A stretch of DNA of 64,000 nucleotides. Source: a virus. Under the pieces are notes generated by a model. That model saw only the letters and a list, made by a program, of their open reading frames with translations. It was not told the origin of the DNA and searched no databases. Location of the stretch: IMG/VR virus record IMGVR_UViG_3300025030_000054, positions 32,001 to 96,000 of that record. The stretch is one strand, 5' to 3'. A program made the position numbers and the translations under genes. Shown in pieces: positions 18,381 to 27,043 of this stretch (its first letter is position 1; each line of letters begins with the position of its first letter).

Positions 18381-18553
18381 TGGTCAGAAAACAATTTACT
18401 TTGTTGGATTCTTTAAGATATCCAGAGAGCTACAATTCAAATTATCTTGAAGGCTCATATACAGAGGACGGTTCATTACATTTTTATGGGTATTGGGATG
18501 AACGTAAGAAATGTTGGATACCTCTGAGCGAGCTGAAATACTATTCGGAATAG
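18380..18553 (+). CDS. Small hypothetical protein (57 aa; below ORF-track cutoff)
   Basis: TAATG overlap; GGAGG upstream; MVRKQFTLLDSLRYP...YYSE. Confidence 0.55.
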   Translation: MVRKQFTLLDSLRYPESYNSNYLEGSYTEDGSLHFYGYWDERKKCWIPLSELKYYSE

Positions 18554-18562
18554 GGGAGGGTT

Positions 18563-18775
18563 ATGATACGTGTAGAAGTAGACTTATCTGACATTCCTAA
18601 ATGGGCACAGACTAATGATACCGACGCCTTCTCGTGCTATATTGCTGGAGAACTCAGTGCAGCAGGTATTCCTATAGTTGGAAGTCCTCTGCTGTCTAGG
18701 GTAGATTTTACTAAAGGAACGTTACTAACTTGGTACGACTATGAAAATGATAGGAATATTTACTTATGGAAGTAG
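18563..18775 (+). CDS. Hypothetical protein
   Basis: GGAGG RBS. Confidence 0.65.
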   Translation: MIRVEVDLSDIPKWAQTNDTDAFSCYIAGELSAAGIPIVGSPLLSRVDFTKGTLLTWYDYENDRNIYLWK

Positions 18776-19005
18776 AGGAGGACAAAATGAAATGGAAAAA
18801 GAAAGAGAAGATTTATCCTAAGGAATACTCGACTAGACAAAGATATATTTTTACTTGGTATCCTGTAACAATAAGCGGAGAAACTCGTTGGCTATGGTTT
18901 TACAAAGTGGAGGAGATACATTATTACGGTACGTGCAGGCTTCTTGGAGATGAGAAATTCTATCCCGAGTTTGGATTTTGGAGCTACAGCCGGTGGATTG
19001 ACTAA
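18766..19005 (+). CDS. Hypothetical protein (start may be 18787)
   Basis: GAGGAGG precedes MKWK; aromatic-rich. Confidence 0.6.
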   Translation: MEVEEDKMKWKKKEKIYPKEYSTRQRYIFTWYPVTISGETRWLWFYKVEEIHYYGTCRLLGDEKFYPEFGFWSYSRWID

Positions 19006-19016
19006 AGGAGGGTAAA

Positions 19017-19259
19017 ATGAATTCTAAAAAAGAGATTTGGATAACTAATAGCGGTGAAGTTCTAGATGTTGATGAGATGACCGAAGATCATGTTAGAAAT
19101 ACCCTGAAGATGTTGATAAAGCAAATTAGGGAAGGCAAGCTTGGTTGTCTGGGGTACCATCAGGATAGGATAAATATGGAGAGGCGTATGGAAGAACTGA
19201 GGGAGATTCATCCTAGTCTTACTACTGGGATTAGGGAGTATGGTGTGGATGGTGGGTAG
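19017..19259 (+). CDS. Hypothetical protein
   Basis: AGGAGG RBS; W.T..G...V.EM...H..N motif seen in small phage proteins. Confidence 0.65.
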   Translation: MNSKKEIWITNSGEVLDVDEMTEDHVRNTLKMLIKQIREGKLGCLGYHQDRINMERRMEELREIHPSLTTGIREYGVDGG

Positions 19260-19350
19260 GGGTTGTGTTAGGGAGTGGGTAGGGACTAAGGCAGTTGTTA
19301 GGTAAACCTTATAGTCTATATTATATATCTCGTCCGAAACGGACGACCTT

Positions 19351-19379
19351 ATTATACCACAGAAATGGCTTTTTGTCAA
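19351..19379 (-). promoter_or_regulatory. Consensus sigma70 promoter, leftward
   Basis: TTGACA-17-TATAAT with extended -10 TG on the minus strand. Confidence 0.8.
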
Positions 19380-19421
19380 GCTTTTTCTTCAATGAAATGA
19401 TTATTTTATTTTAATGTTCTG

Positions 19422-19441
19422 ATTTTGGTAACTACCTAAAA
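19422..19441. promoter_or_regulatory. Palindromic operator-like site (degenerate)
   Basis: ATTTTGGTAACTACCTAAAA. Confidence 0.55.
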
Positions 19442-19456
19442 TTTAAGGAATAAGGA

Positions 19457-19502
19457 CTGTCAAGAGAATTATATTTAGTGATTTGTATAATTCTCTTGAC
19501 AG
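19457..19502. repeat. Perfect 17-bp inverted repeat, 12-nt loop
   Basis: CTGTCAAGAGAATTATA / TATAATTCTCTTGACAG; each arm carries an outward-facing TTGACA. Confidence 0.85.
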
Positions 19503-19525
19503 AATTGGGTTTGGTGTGCTATAGT
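19496..19525 (+). promoter_or_regulatory. Probable sigma70 promoter, rightward
   Basis: TTGACA-18-TATAGT with TG extended -10. Confidence 0.55.
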
Positions 19526-20841
19526 GGATTATTGGTTGTGTTGTTTTGTCGGTTTCTTACTACATGCCCATTACGTCTGACTGCATCTACGACAACACCC
19601 CCTCCGACATTGAAATCCTTGGAGATAGATAAAGCCGATTCTCCTGCCAAGTACCTCGTCACAGCAACGGCTTCTTGTTCCTTAGTTAGTGCAAATTTAC
19701 ACATAAGCGGGCGCATAGGTGTGTTCTTTTTGGCTAAAATTACATGCACAGAGGAGGATGATATACCAAACTTAGCAGCTATGCTCTCTGCATTGGCCCC
19801 TTCTAGGTATAATTTAACAATTTCATCGCCGTATAAGTCTATTAATTTTGGCTTAGGTTCTTTCTTGGGTTTTGGTGTGCACTCAGGTCTGCCATATACG
19901 TCATATAGGTAGTTACGAACCCTTTTAGCATTTAGTCGCAATAAGTCGCCAATAGCTCCTGCGGTAAGTCCTTCGGTATATTTTGTTCGAATTTGACTTA
20001 GTAACTGCTCGTCCCAATTGTGATCGCGAATAATTCCACGTGACCTTAGAAGTTTTGCTGTAGCTGCTTTAGGCACTTTGTACTTTCGTACGATAGCTTC
20101 AACTGACATACGATTTTCGTAATCTTTTATGATATTTTCTTTATTGTGCTCAAGGCGTTTATCACAAGCTCTAAGTCTTTTAGCTCCTTTCAGAATACTG
20201 CTGACTCTGGATTGGTTTACTTTAGTATGGGTTGATATTTCTTTTCTAGACATACCGCCATCGTGTAAAGTTTTAATGTAATTTATTGTTTCGTCTGGTA
20301 TAGCACTATAAAATGAGTTTGATCGAGGCTGAATTCCCTCACGGTCTAAAATGTTTCGCACAGTTTTGTGAGACACTTTATATTTTTTACCTAGAGTAAC
20401 CGTAGAGGCTCCATTTAGATATTCTTTAACTATTTCAAGTTCGTCTTCAGGAGAGTATTTGTGAGGCTTCAGCTTCCCTCCAGCGCCTCCATGGTGTACA
20501 TTTAGAAGTGGGTTACTTTTGTCTATTATCTTCCTTCCGATACTCTTTATTGCCTTAGTCTCTAATAGGTAAGCTTCATCTTCGGGCATATTGTCTTTCA
20601 ATTTAATTATATAATCTCTTAGATCGAAGCCACTATCAATGATTTTCAGTATTAGCTTGTGCTTGGCTGTCTTATTTTTATTCTTAGCCTCAGAAATATG
20701 ATTGTACATTCTGATCTTACTGCCCTTTCCGACATAAAATGGTTCATACTCTGTAACTAGACCTATATCTGGATACACAAAATTTCCTTCCACCAGCGGA
20801 TTGAGGTACACATAAATATAGAAATTACGTTTTTGTTTCAT
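19519..20841 (-). CDS. GIY-YIG (LEM-3-like) homing-type endonuclease with tandem HTH repeats
   Basis: YIYVYLNP...FYVGKG..RM..H...E..AI..N; about 6 repeats of I...Y..G.S...I...F.V. Confidence 0.8.
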   Translation of the reverse strand: MKQKRNFYIYVYLNPLVEGNFVYPDIGLVTEYEPFYVGKGSKIRMYNHISEAKNKNKTAKHKLILKIIDSGFDLRDYIIKLKDNMPEDEAYLLETKAIKSIGRKIIDKSNPLLNVHHGGAGGKLKPHKYSPEDELEIVKEYLNGASTVTLGKKYKVSHKTVRNILDREGIQPRSNSFYSAIPDETINYIKTLHDGGMSRKEISTHTKVNQSRVSSILKGAKRLRACDKRLEHNKENIIKDYENRMSVEAIVRKYKVPKAATAKLLRSRGIIRDHNWDEQLLSQIRTKYTEGLTAGAIGDLLRLNAKRVRNYLYDVYGRPECTPKPKKEPKPKLIDLYGDEIVKLYLEGANAESIAAKFGISSSSVHVILAKKNTPMRPLMCKFALTKEQEAVAVTRYLAGESALSISKDFNVGGGVVVDAVRRNGHVVRNRQNNTTNNPL

Positions 20842-20905
20842 AACTACTCCTTATAAAATATGATCTGGCTACCAATGTTTACCCCTCACAACTCTTCCTT
20901 ACCTT

Positions 20906-20937
20906 ATTATATACGTAAATGGGTAATAACTTATCAC
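20906..20937 (-). promoter_or_regulatory. Phage-type (putative late) promoter
   Basis: GTGATA-N17-GTATATAAT upstream of the GIY-YIG gene. Confidence 0.6.
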
Positions 20938-20953
20938 TTAAAGGAGAAACAAA

Positions 20954-22324
20954 TTGTCAAAGATAGCTAACGTGCAGTATGAAATACTATCTCTCAAAAA
21001 ACTTCTAGACTCTAGAGATCCAGAGCTACTTAATAGACTACATTTTGATCTGTACTCTAACGCTGAACTAGCAAATATTTTGAAGATATCTAGTATACTG
21101 TATATGGACACTGGAAGACTGCCTAGCTGGGACCATCTTAAAGCGGAGATAGTAAACAGGGTATTACAGACTGACAAGCAAAACTTTTACCTAGGGCTGC
21201 TTCAAGATATCAAGGACAAGGACGCGGCAGACATAAGCACGGAAGACATAATTAAGAACTTGAAGACTCAAAGACAGTTCAGGCAGATACTGGACTCTGC
21301 TGGCAAACTAGTAGGGTCTGTGGAAAGTAGAGATGCTAACGCAGCAGTAGATATTATGAAAGAATTGTACCAAGACATGTTTTATCAAGACTCTCAAGAA
21401 TCCCTTGAATCTTCTGACTTAGTGAATATGGCAGGTAAGACAACGAGTATAGATTGGGAGACGACTGGCTACGACTCTATAGATGAGAGAGGTGGGATTT
21501 GTAAGGGTGGTTTATGGTACTGCTTAGGTGCAGCTAAGAGAGGTAAAAGCACATTAGCTCAAGGAATGCTGACCCATGCACATGAAAAGTACGGTGGAAG
21601 TTCTTGCTACATGTCATTTGAAATGTCAAAAATCGAGGTAAAGTCTAGGATACTGGCTGCCAAAAGCTCGACAGATATCGGCCTTGTAATAAGTGGATTG
21701 CTAAGTCAAACTGAGAGACTGAATCTAAGAAAAGCTGAGGTGGATCTTCTGATAGGACTTACTCCAAACGCAGAAGACTTTTGCGAGTACACTAGTCAGT
21801 TAAACGATGCAGAGTTTTGGGCAGAGGCTTGGCAGAATTTTGCGCCAAAGGATGATAGGGTCTACATTATCGACGATGCAGGCGATTGGGCTGATACGTT
21901 TACTAAGATGAGATTGTTGGCTACACTCAAAGGAGTCAAGCGATTTGTCATAGATTATCCGATGCTCATCCCTAGGGCATCGGGACCAGAATTCTCTAAA
22001 TTATCCACGTGGGAATATCATTTGGAAATGTCAAAGCAGTTAAAAAGTTTTGCTAGAAATACTGGCACTAGGATCATAGCCCCTGCGCAGTACAAAGAGG
22101 GGGAGGATAAAATTTCTTTTGCTAGTAATATTATCAACGATTGCGACGGAATGATTGCTTTGTATGAAGATGACGGAGACAAAGATTATGGCGAAATGGG
22201 TTGCGTGTCAGTTAAATTTAAAGCATACAGGAACTATATCACAATACCAAGTCAGCCGACACTTCAGCCTTTCAAACTACTTAAAGAATTAAACTACTCT
22301 AGATTTGCTAATTTCAACTTCTAA
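20954..22324 (+). CDS. dnaB: DnaB-like replicative helicase
   Basis: Walker A GAAKRGKST, SFEMS, FVIDY, LKSFAR..IIAPAQ; TTG start after AGGAG. Confidence 0.88.
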   Translation: MSKIANVQYEILSLKKLLDSRDPELLNRLHFDLYSNAELANILKISSILYMDTGRLPSWDHLKAEIVNRVLQTDKQNFYLGLLQDIKDKDAADISTEDIIKNLKTQRQFRQILDSAGKLVGSVESRDANAAVDIMKELYQDMFYQDSQESLESSDLVNMAGKTTSIDWETTGYDSIDERGGICKGGLWYCLGAAKRGKSTLAQGMLTHAHEKYGGSSCYMSFEMSKIEVKSRILAAKSSTDIGLVISGLLSQTERLNLRKAEVDLLIGLTPNAEDFCEYTSQLNDAEFWAEAWQNFAPKDDRVYIIDDAGDWADTFTKMRLLATLKGVKRFVIDYPMLIPRASGPEFSKLSTWEYHLEMSKQLKSFARNTGTRIIAPAQYKEGEDKISFASNIINDCDGMIALYEDDGDKDYGEMGCVSVKFKAYRNYITIPSQPTLQPFKLLKELNYSRFANFNF

Positions 22325-22337
22325 GGAGACCAAAACA

Positions 22338-22715
22338 ATGCCTAAAACAATGACTAAACAAATCCCCAAAACCCATTCCCCAATCTTCACCAAACCAGAC
22401 CTATCAACCCTCTACCACAAAGACGACTGCCGATACTACTACGATCCTGAATTTTGTACGTGCGGTGCAGATGCTTTTGCGGAGCTAGAATTTTACAAAA
22501 CTGCTTACAAGGAGTTAGAAACAGCACTCCAAAAACAACAAGAAGAACATGAACAGCTCAACGAAACTAATAAGAAATATAAACAGGCGTTGGGGAAGAT
22601 AGCCATTGAGGAAGCTAACTTGATTAACACCGATGGAGGGCATTACCGTTACGAATACTGTGAGGTTTGTACAGTTATTATCAAACTAGCCGCAGAAGCA
22701 CTTAGTACAAAGTAA
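22338..22715 (+). CDS. Hypothetical protein (coiled coil)
   Basis: AAGGAG RBS; HxxDC..CTCG. Confidence 0.65.
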   Translation: MPKTMTKQIPKTHSPIFTKPDLSTLYHKDDCRYYYDPEFCTCGADAFAELEFYKTAYKELETALQKQQEEHEQLNETNKKYKQALGKIAIEEANLINTDGGHYRYEYCEVCTVIIKLAAEALSTK

Positions 22716-22727
22716 AGGAGCCAAAAA

Positions 22728-22910
22728 ATGATCTATGAAAATTCCCAAGAAGGCAAATGTCCAAAATGTTCTAACCCACATCTAGATTCATCAGACGTAG
22801 AATTTGGTTCAGATTGGGTATCTCACTCAGTATTCTGTGACATTTGCCATTGGTATGGTTCTGAGGTTTATTCTACAAAATTTCTAAGAATGGAGGATGG
22901 AGAGAAATGA
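22728..22910 (+). CDS. Small zinc-ribbon protein
   Basis: CPKC...CDIC; AGGAG RBS. Confidence 0.65.
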   Translation: MIYENSQEGKCPKCSNPHLDSSDVEFGSDWVSHSVFCDICHWYGSEVYSTKFLRMEDGEK

Positions 22911-23296
22911 TCCTAAGATGCCCACTGAACGCACAAATTAATGCACTAATCTGCATATACACCTGCACAAAAAGTGTGAAAGAAGTATGCAAGGTTTACG
23001 AACAGAACTATGACAAGATTACCAAGCTGCTTATCGAACAGAAGTACCTTGATAAGTATGGTATTCCAGGGCACGTTCTACCAAAATCTAGGCAACCTAA
23101 AAAAGAATCTAAGAGGAAACCAAAGGAAACTACAGCTACAGTTAAGCCAGCTAAAGAAACTAACCCAAAGACTGCTAAACCTGCTAAAGACAAAGAGGCA
23201 GTTCCAGCAGCTTCGGTAAAACCTAAAAGGAAACGTAGAACGAAAGCTGAGATGGCTTTGGCTAGGAATAAGGAGTACCGTAAGGGGGCAGCCTGA
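22907..23296 (+). CDS. Cys-rich N-terminus with Lys/Pro/Ala-rich basic tail (possible DNA binding)
   Basis: ATGA overlap; KPAK repeats, KRKRRTKAEM. Confidence 0.7.
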   Translation: MILRCPLNAQINALICIYTCTKSVKEVCKVYEQNYDKITKLLIEQKYLDKYGIPGHVLPKSRQPKKESKRKPKETTATVKPAKETNPKTAKPAKDKEAVPAASVKPKRKRRTKAEMALARNKEYRKGAA

Positions 23297-23385
23297 ATAA
23301 GTTCAATCACAAAAAGAACTACATAAGACCTTTAAGTAAAGAGTACACAGACCTTGACGCAGCAATATTCAAGAAGTACCTTCAC

Positions 23386-24111
23386 ATGCCTAAAGTATAC
23401 TTGAGAGGCATTATAAGAAGGTATCCTAAGAATCTTAACGAAGTCCCTTTGGTGCTTCACAAGCTGCTTGAACAATGTGACTCTTATATTTGGAAAGGAG
23501 TTAAGATGGAACGTAGTAAAGAAGAAATGATTGCGGCTGTTAAGATGAAAATCTCCGGCGTTCCTCCTGCATATTTACTTAGAACAGAACTTCCAAGCAC
23601 TTGTGGAACTAACCTTAAAGTCTATCACAGCATATTGGAAGCACCAGAGTCACTTTCTAAATTAGGTAGGTTGTTGTATTTTCACAGTGGGTTTGAGGAC
23701 AATTCTCTTCTAGCAGCGTCTAACATAATTAAGTCAGGTGTCACAAAAGGCTTAAAGTGCAAGATGACTTCTATGCCTCAGTTCATGGAGGAGCTAAAGA
23801 CCTTTGAAGCCTCTAAGATATTGACCTCCCTAGCCGAAGCAGATATCTCTTGTCTGTATATGTTGGGAACTGTTTATGTTAAAGCTGAATCAGGGTTCAC
23901 AGAGTCTTCTTTATTGACCTTCATAGACCAAAGGAGGGTGAACAAGAAGGCAACTATTTTGTCATCCCACCTAACACCCGCTGAGTTCAAGACGAGATTC
24001 AAAATAGACCTTGATAAGCTAGGGGCAATTTGTTTCAAGATGGAAGATGATGGTGTGGTAAATACTGTGTCGCAGTTAGCTAAAGAACTTGCAGCGTTGA
24101 GAGGGGACTGA
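23386..24111 (+). CDS. Degenerate DnaC/IstB-like helicase loader (start uncertain: 23293 CTG, 23386 or 23506)
   Basis: LLTFIDQRRVNKKATILSSHL resembles the DnaC C-terminal motif; Walker A not recognisable; between helicase and primase. Confidence 0.6.
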   Translation: MPKVYLRGIIRRYPKNLNEVPLVLHKLLEQCDSYIWKGVKMERSKEEMIAAVKMKISGVPPAYLLRTELPSTCGTNLKVYHSILEAPESLSKLGRLLYFHSGFEDNSLLAASNIIKSGVTKGLKCKMTSMPQFMEELKTFEASKILTSLAEADISCLYMLGTVYVKAESGFTESSLLTFIDQRRVNKKATILSSHLTPAEFKTRFKIDLDKLGAICFKMEDDGVVNTVSQLAKELAALRGD

Positions 24112-24320
24112 AAATGGGCGTAAGTATTAACTGCAAATCAAACGATAGAGGCACTTGGTGTGTAAACAGAAATGTAAAGCGAAGTCTGTTTGGCCTCGGT
24201 GCCCGCTGCTGTGTACTGTTCGATAATTGTTCCAGTAGCTGTCCCTTTCAGGAGAAAGTACTTAGGCCAGAATGTCCACCTCCCCGCCCCTAGAAAACTA
24301 AATTATTGAGGAGAACAACT

Positions 24321-24566
24321 ATGCCAACAATTTTCATAAAACCTGTAGACTACCTAGTAAGCACCAAAGGAATTGGTATTGACGTTTACAACCAAGATGA
24401 TTACAAGTTGGTTGGGTGTACTTACTTATCAGTGAGTGATGCAAGGAATTTGGCTTGTGAGATTTTAAAGCAGTGTGAGCGGTTTGACAGTGAGTTAGCT
24501 AAGAATAAAGAAGTTGATGGCAAAACTTTTAGCGAGCTTGACTTTAAAAAAGACATGTTGTTTTAA
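24321..24566 (+). CDS. Hypothetical protein
   Basis: GAGGAG RBS. Confidence 0.65.
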   Translation: MPTIFIKPVDYLVSTKGIGIDVYNQDDYKLVGCTYLSVSDARNLACEILKQCERFDSELAKNKEVDGKTFSELDFKKDMLF

Positions 24567-24591
24567 AAATAATTTAAATAGGAGGTTATAA

Positions 24592-25005
24592 ATGAGCCAA
24601 GAAATTATAGAAGGCATTAAAGTGCTAAGTGATATGATTAAGAAGTGTCAAGAAGAACTGAAGGTTATTTTGACTGACACTGAAACACCACTGGCAGAGC
24701 GTTGGGAGATTTATAAGCAGACGGTAGAAGAAGATATTATTAGTGAGGTTGATAATTACGGTCCAAGCCTTAGAATCTTAGATAAGATGGGTATTGACAG
24801 CCCTTACGACTACCTATACTGCGATAGATATGCTACTAAGGATTATCTAGATATAGTGGACACTCTGAGAGATAAAATTGCGACAGAGCCTAATAAACGA
24901 GGAAGTTTATGGAAAAGCGTAGATCTTACTAGAGAAAACATCAACAAGGTAAAAGAAGAAATCCTCAGCAAATTCCCTGAAAGGGGCTTTACCTATGACT
25001 GGTAG
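24592..25005 (+). CDS. Hypothetical protein
   Basis: AGGAGG RBS. Confidence 0.7.
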   Translation: MSQEIIEGIKVLSDMIKKCQEELKVILTDTETPLAERWEIYKQTVEEDIISEVDNYGPSLRILDKMGIDSPYDYLYCDRYATKDYLDIVDTLRDKIATEPNKRGSLWKSVDLTRENINKVKEEILSKFPERGFTYDW

Positions 25006-25014
25006 GTAATAACT

Positions 25015-25953
25015 ATGGAAGTCCTAGAAATCTTAGACAGCAGGGGTATCCCCTATGTTCACCGAGGAGACAATGAATACGCTATAGTCTGTCTCAACGC
25101 AGCAAATCATCAAGGAGGTTTTGATAGCAAGCCTAGTTTAAACATCAATGTGGAGAAACTTCAAGCCTTCTGTTTTAGCTGCGGATTCTCAATGTCAGAA
25201 ACAGGATTGACTCGCTGGCTTATTGGAGGGGAACTAGAAGATTTATCCTTGCAGACTATGGCTCTAAGGGCTAAGATAAATCGCCTGAAATTGGAAGAGA
25301 CTAAAGATCTTTCAGAAGCTAGGCAGATATTCATTCCACCTGGAGAACCTTGGGCCGAAGATGGGTATAGGGGGATCAGTTTAGACACCTACCAAAAACT
25401 TGGGGCTATAAAATGTACAAGAGGTTTTTACAGTGACCGGATAGTGTTTCCTATTTATCTGCGTGGGGAATTAATTGGAGTGGATGCTAGGGCGCTGCTG
25501 GAAGGGATGCAGCCTAAGTACCAGAGAAATAAAGGATCGCTAGTAAAATCTACTTGGCTGTATCCTTACGATTTGGTTTGCGAGAATAAGCCTGAGTATG
25601 TAATTCTTTGTGAAGGAATATTCGACGCTATAAATTTAGTGGATAAGGGCTTTGATGGGCTATGTTTCTTCGGCACAAACAACTTCGGGTTAACCAAACT
25701 TAGGCTCTTACTAGCTACTGGTTGCGGTGAGGTCATATTATTTTTAGATAAAGACGAGGCTGGCCAGGAAGCGCAGAAACGGATAGGTAGTATGTTAAGC
25801 GACTGGTTACACGTTACTGAGGCTTATACAGGTCACCTGAAAATAAAACCGATAGACTCTTTAGCGAAAGGAAAGTTAGTTTATCAGGACTGTGGCGAAT
25901 TGACTAGAGAAGAGATTTTAGAGGCTGTGGAAAATAGAACTAAATTTAAGTAG
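25015..25953 (+). CDS. dnaG: DNA primase (zinc finger + TOPRIM)
   Basis: C..H..D..PS..CFSCG, RIVFPI, LCEGIFDA, FLDKDEAG, DCGEL. Confidence 0.93.
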   Translation: MEVLEILDSRGIPYVHRGDNEYAIVCLNAANHQGGFDSKPSLNINVEKLQAFCFSCGFSMSETGLTRWLIGGELEDLSLQTMALRAKINRLKLEETKDLSEARQIFIPPGEPWAEDGYRGISLDTYQKLGAIKCTRGFYSDRIVFPIYLRGELIGVDARALLEGMQPKYQRNKGSLVKSTWLYPYDLVCENKPEYVILCEGIFDAINLVDKGFDGLCFFGTNNFGLTKLRLLLATGCGEVILFLDKDEAGQEAQKRIGSMLSDWLHVTEAYTGHLKIKPIDSLAKGKLVYQDCGELTREEILEAVENRTKFK

Positions 25954-26037
25954 TTAAGGTATCTGAGAATTAAACTATAAGGAGGTACAGAATGAAGATG
26001 CAGCAAAATCGGTATTTACCAATTTCTAGGAGCATCA

Positions 26038-26424
26038 ATGGCATTAACGGAACAAGAAACGAGGCAAGAGGCGGAAAAGTTCTTAGCTTGGCTGCGACGA
26101 AAATATCCGGCGTATGGGGCACAGGTAAAGGTGATGTACATAAACAAACCGGAGTTGCAGCCAAAAGTGGAGGCAATGGTTTACCAGTACGGAAACGTGT
26201 TTAAGGTTCATGTCGCTACTAGAAGAGACTTTAAGTTTGTTCTACGTGGTGTTGCACATGAATTTGAACATGTTCGGCAGGTTGTAAATGAAGGGGTACC
26301 TATAAATAAAATTAGGGTTAATCAAGAAAAAGCAGCTTGGTTTTTTGCATTACAAGCCCTCAGAGAATACAAGAAAGAAGACCTTAAAAGATGGACTAGA
26401 ATTACTGGTGAGGAAGTTACTTAA
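26038..26424 (+). CDS. Small HExxH metallopeptidase-like protein
   Basis: VAHEFEHVRQ..E..A. Confidence 0.6.
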   Translation: MALTEQETRQEAEKFLAWLRRKYPAYGAQVKVMYINKPELQPKVEAMVYQYGNVFKVHVATRRDFKFVLRGVAHEFEHVRQVVNEGVPINKIRVNQEKAAWFFALQALREYKKEDLKRWTRITGEEVT

Positions 26425-26443
26425 AGGATAAAAGGAGAAAATT

Positions 26444-26752
26444 ATGTCAGAGAATTATTACGGAGTAGGGACTAGTATGCCGGGCGGGAGTTGGCTCTTT
26501 GAGGGTATATTTAGTTCAGAAAAATTGGCGGTAGAGGCTATTGAAGAATTACGTAATATGGTGGGAGTCTCACCTAACGGAGAAATAGCGCCTGAAGACA
26601 TGTTTGTAGCCTACCCAGTTGTGGTGGATGATTTTTATGGCAGCTATGACATATATAATTTTGAGGTGTACTACAGACCTTTGAGAGAGACTAAGGAAGA
26701 AGGACTTAAAGGTTTGATGGAGTATAAGAAATCTGTGGAAGAGGCTTACTAA
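26444..26752 (+). CDS. Hypothetical protein
   Basis: AGGAG RBS; GIFSSEKLA. Confidence 0.65.
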   Translation: MSENYYGVGTSMPGGSWLFEGIFSSEKLAVEAIEELRNMVGVSPNGEIAPEDMFVAYPVVVDDFYGSYDIYNFEVYYRPLRETKEEGLKGLMEYKKSVEEAY

Positions 26753-26794
26753 GGGAATTAAAATAAGCATAACCGTTATAAAACGATTATTGAT

Positions 26795-26826
26795 GGAATA
26801 AAAAGTTGGGTGACCTGGTATATAAT
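26795..26826 (+). promoter_or_regulatory. Phage-type (putative late) promoter
   Basis: GGAATA-N17-GTATATAAT. Confidence 0.6.
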
Positions 26827-26866
26827 AAGATAGAGAAGTACAAAACTATCTTAGGAGAAGTATACC

Positions 26867-27043
26867 ATGTTAATTTCGTCAGGCACCGTATGGAAAAAAT
26901 TTGAAATTTCGAGAGTAAGTTTAGAAGACTGGTTTAATAAAGGACTCATAAGACGCTTCCCGACTCCGGGGGGACATTATAGGTACCTTGAAAAAGAAAT
27001 AATGGCTGTCCTCAATGTTACCGCTGAGGACTTACAGAAGTGA
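26867..27043 (+). CDS. MerR/Xis-type HTH protein (58 aa; not in ORF track)
   Basis: AGGAG RBS; MLISSGTVWKKFEISRVSLEDWFNKGLIRRFPTPGGHYRYLEKEI, with the TPGGHxRY wing motif. Confidence 0.75.
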   Translation: MLISSGTVWKKFEISRVSLEDWFNKGLIRRFPTPGGHYRYLEKEIMAVLNVTAEDLQK

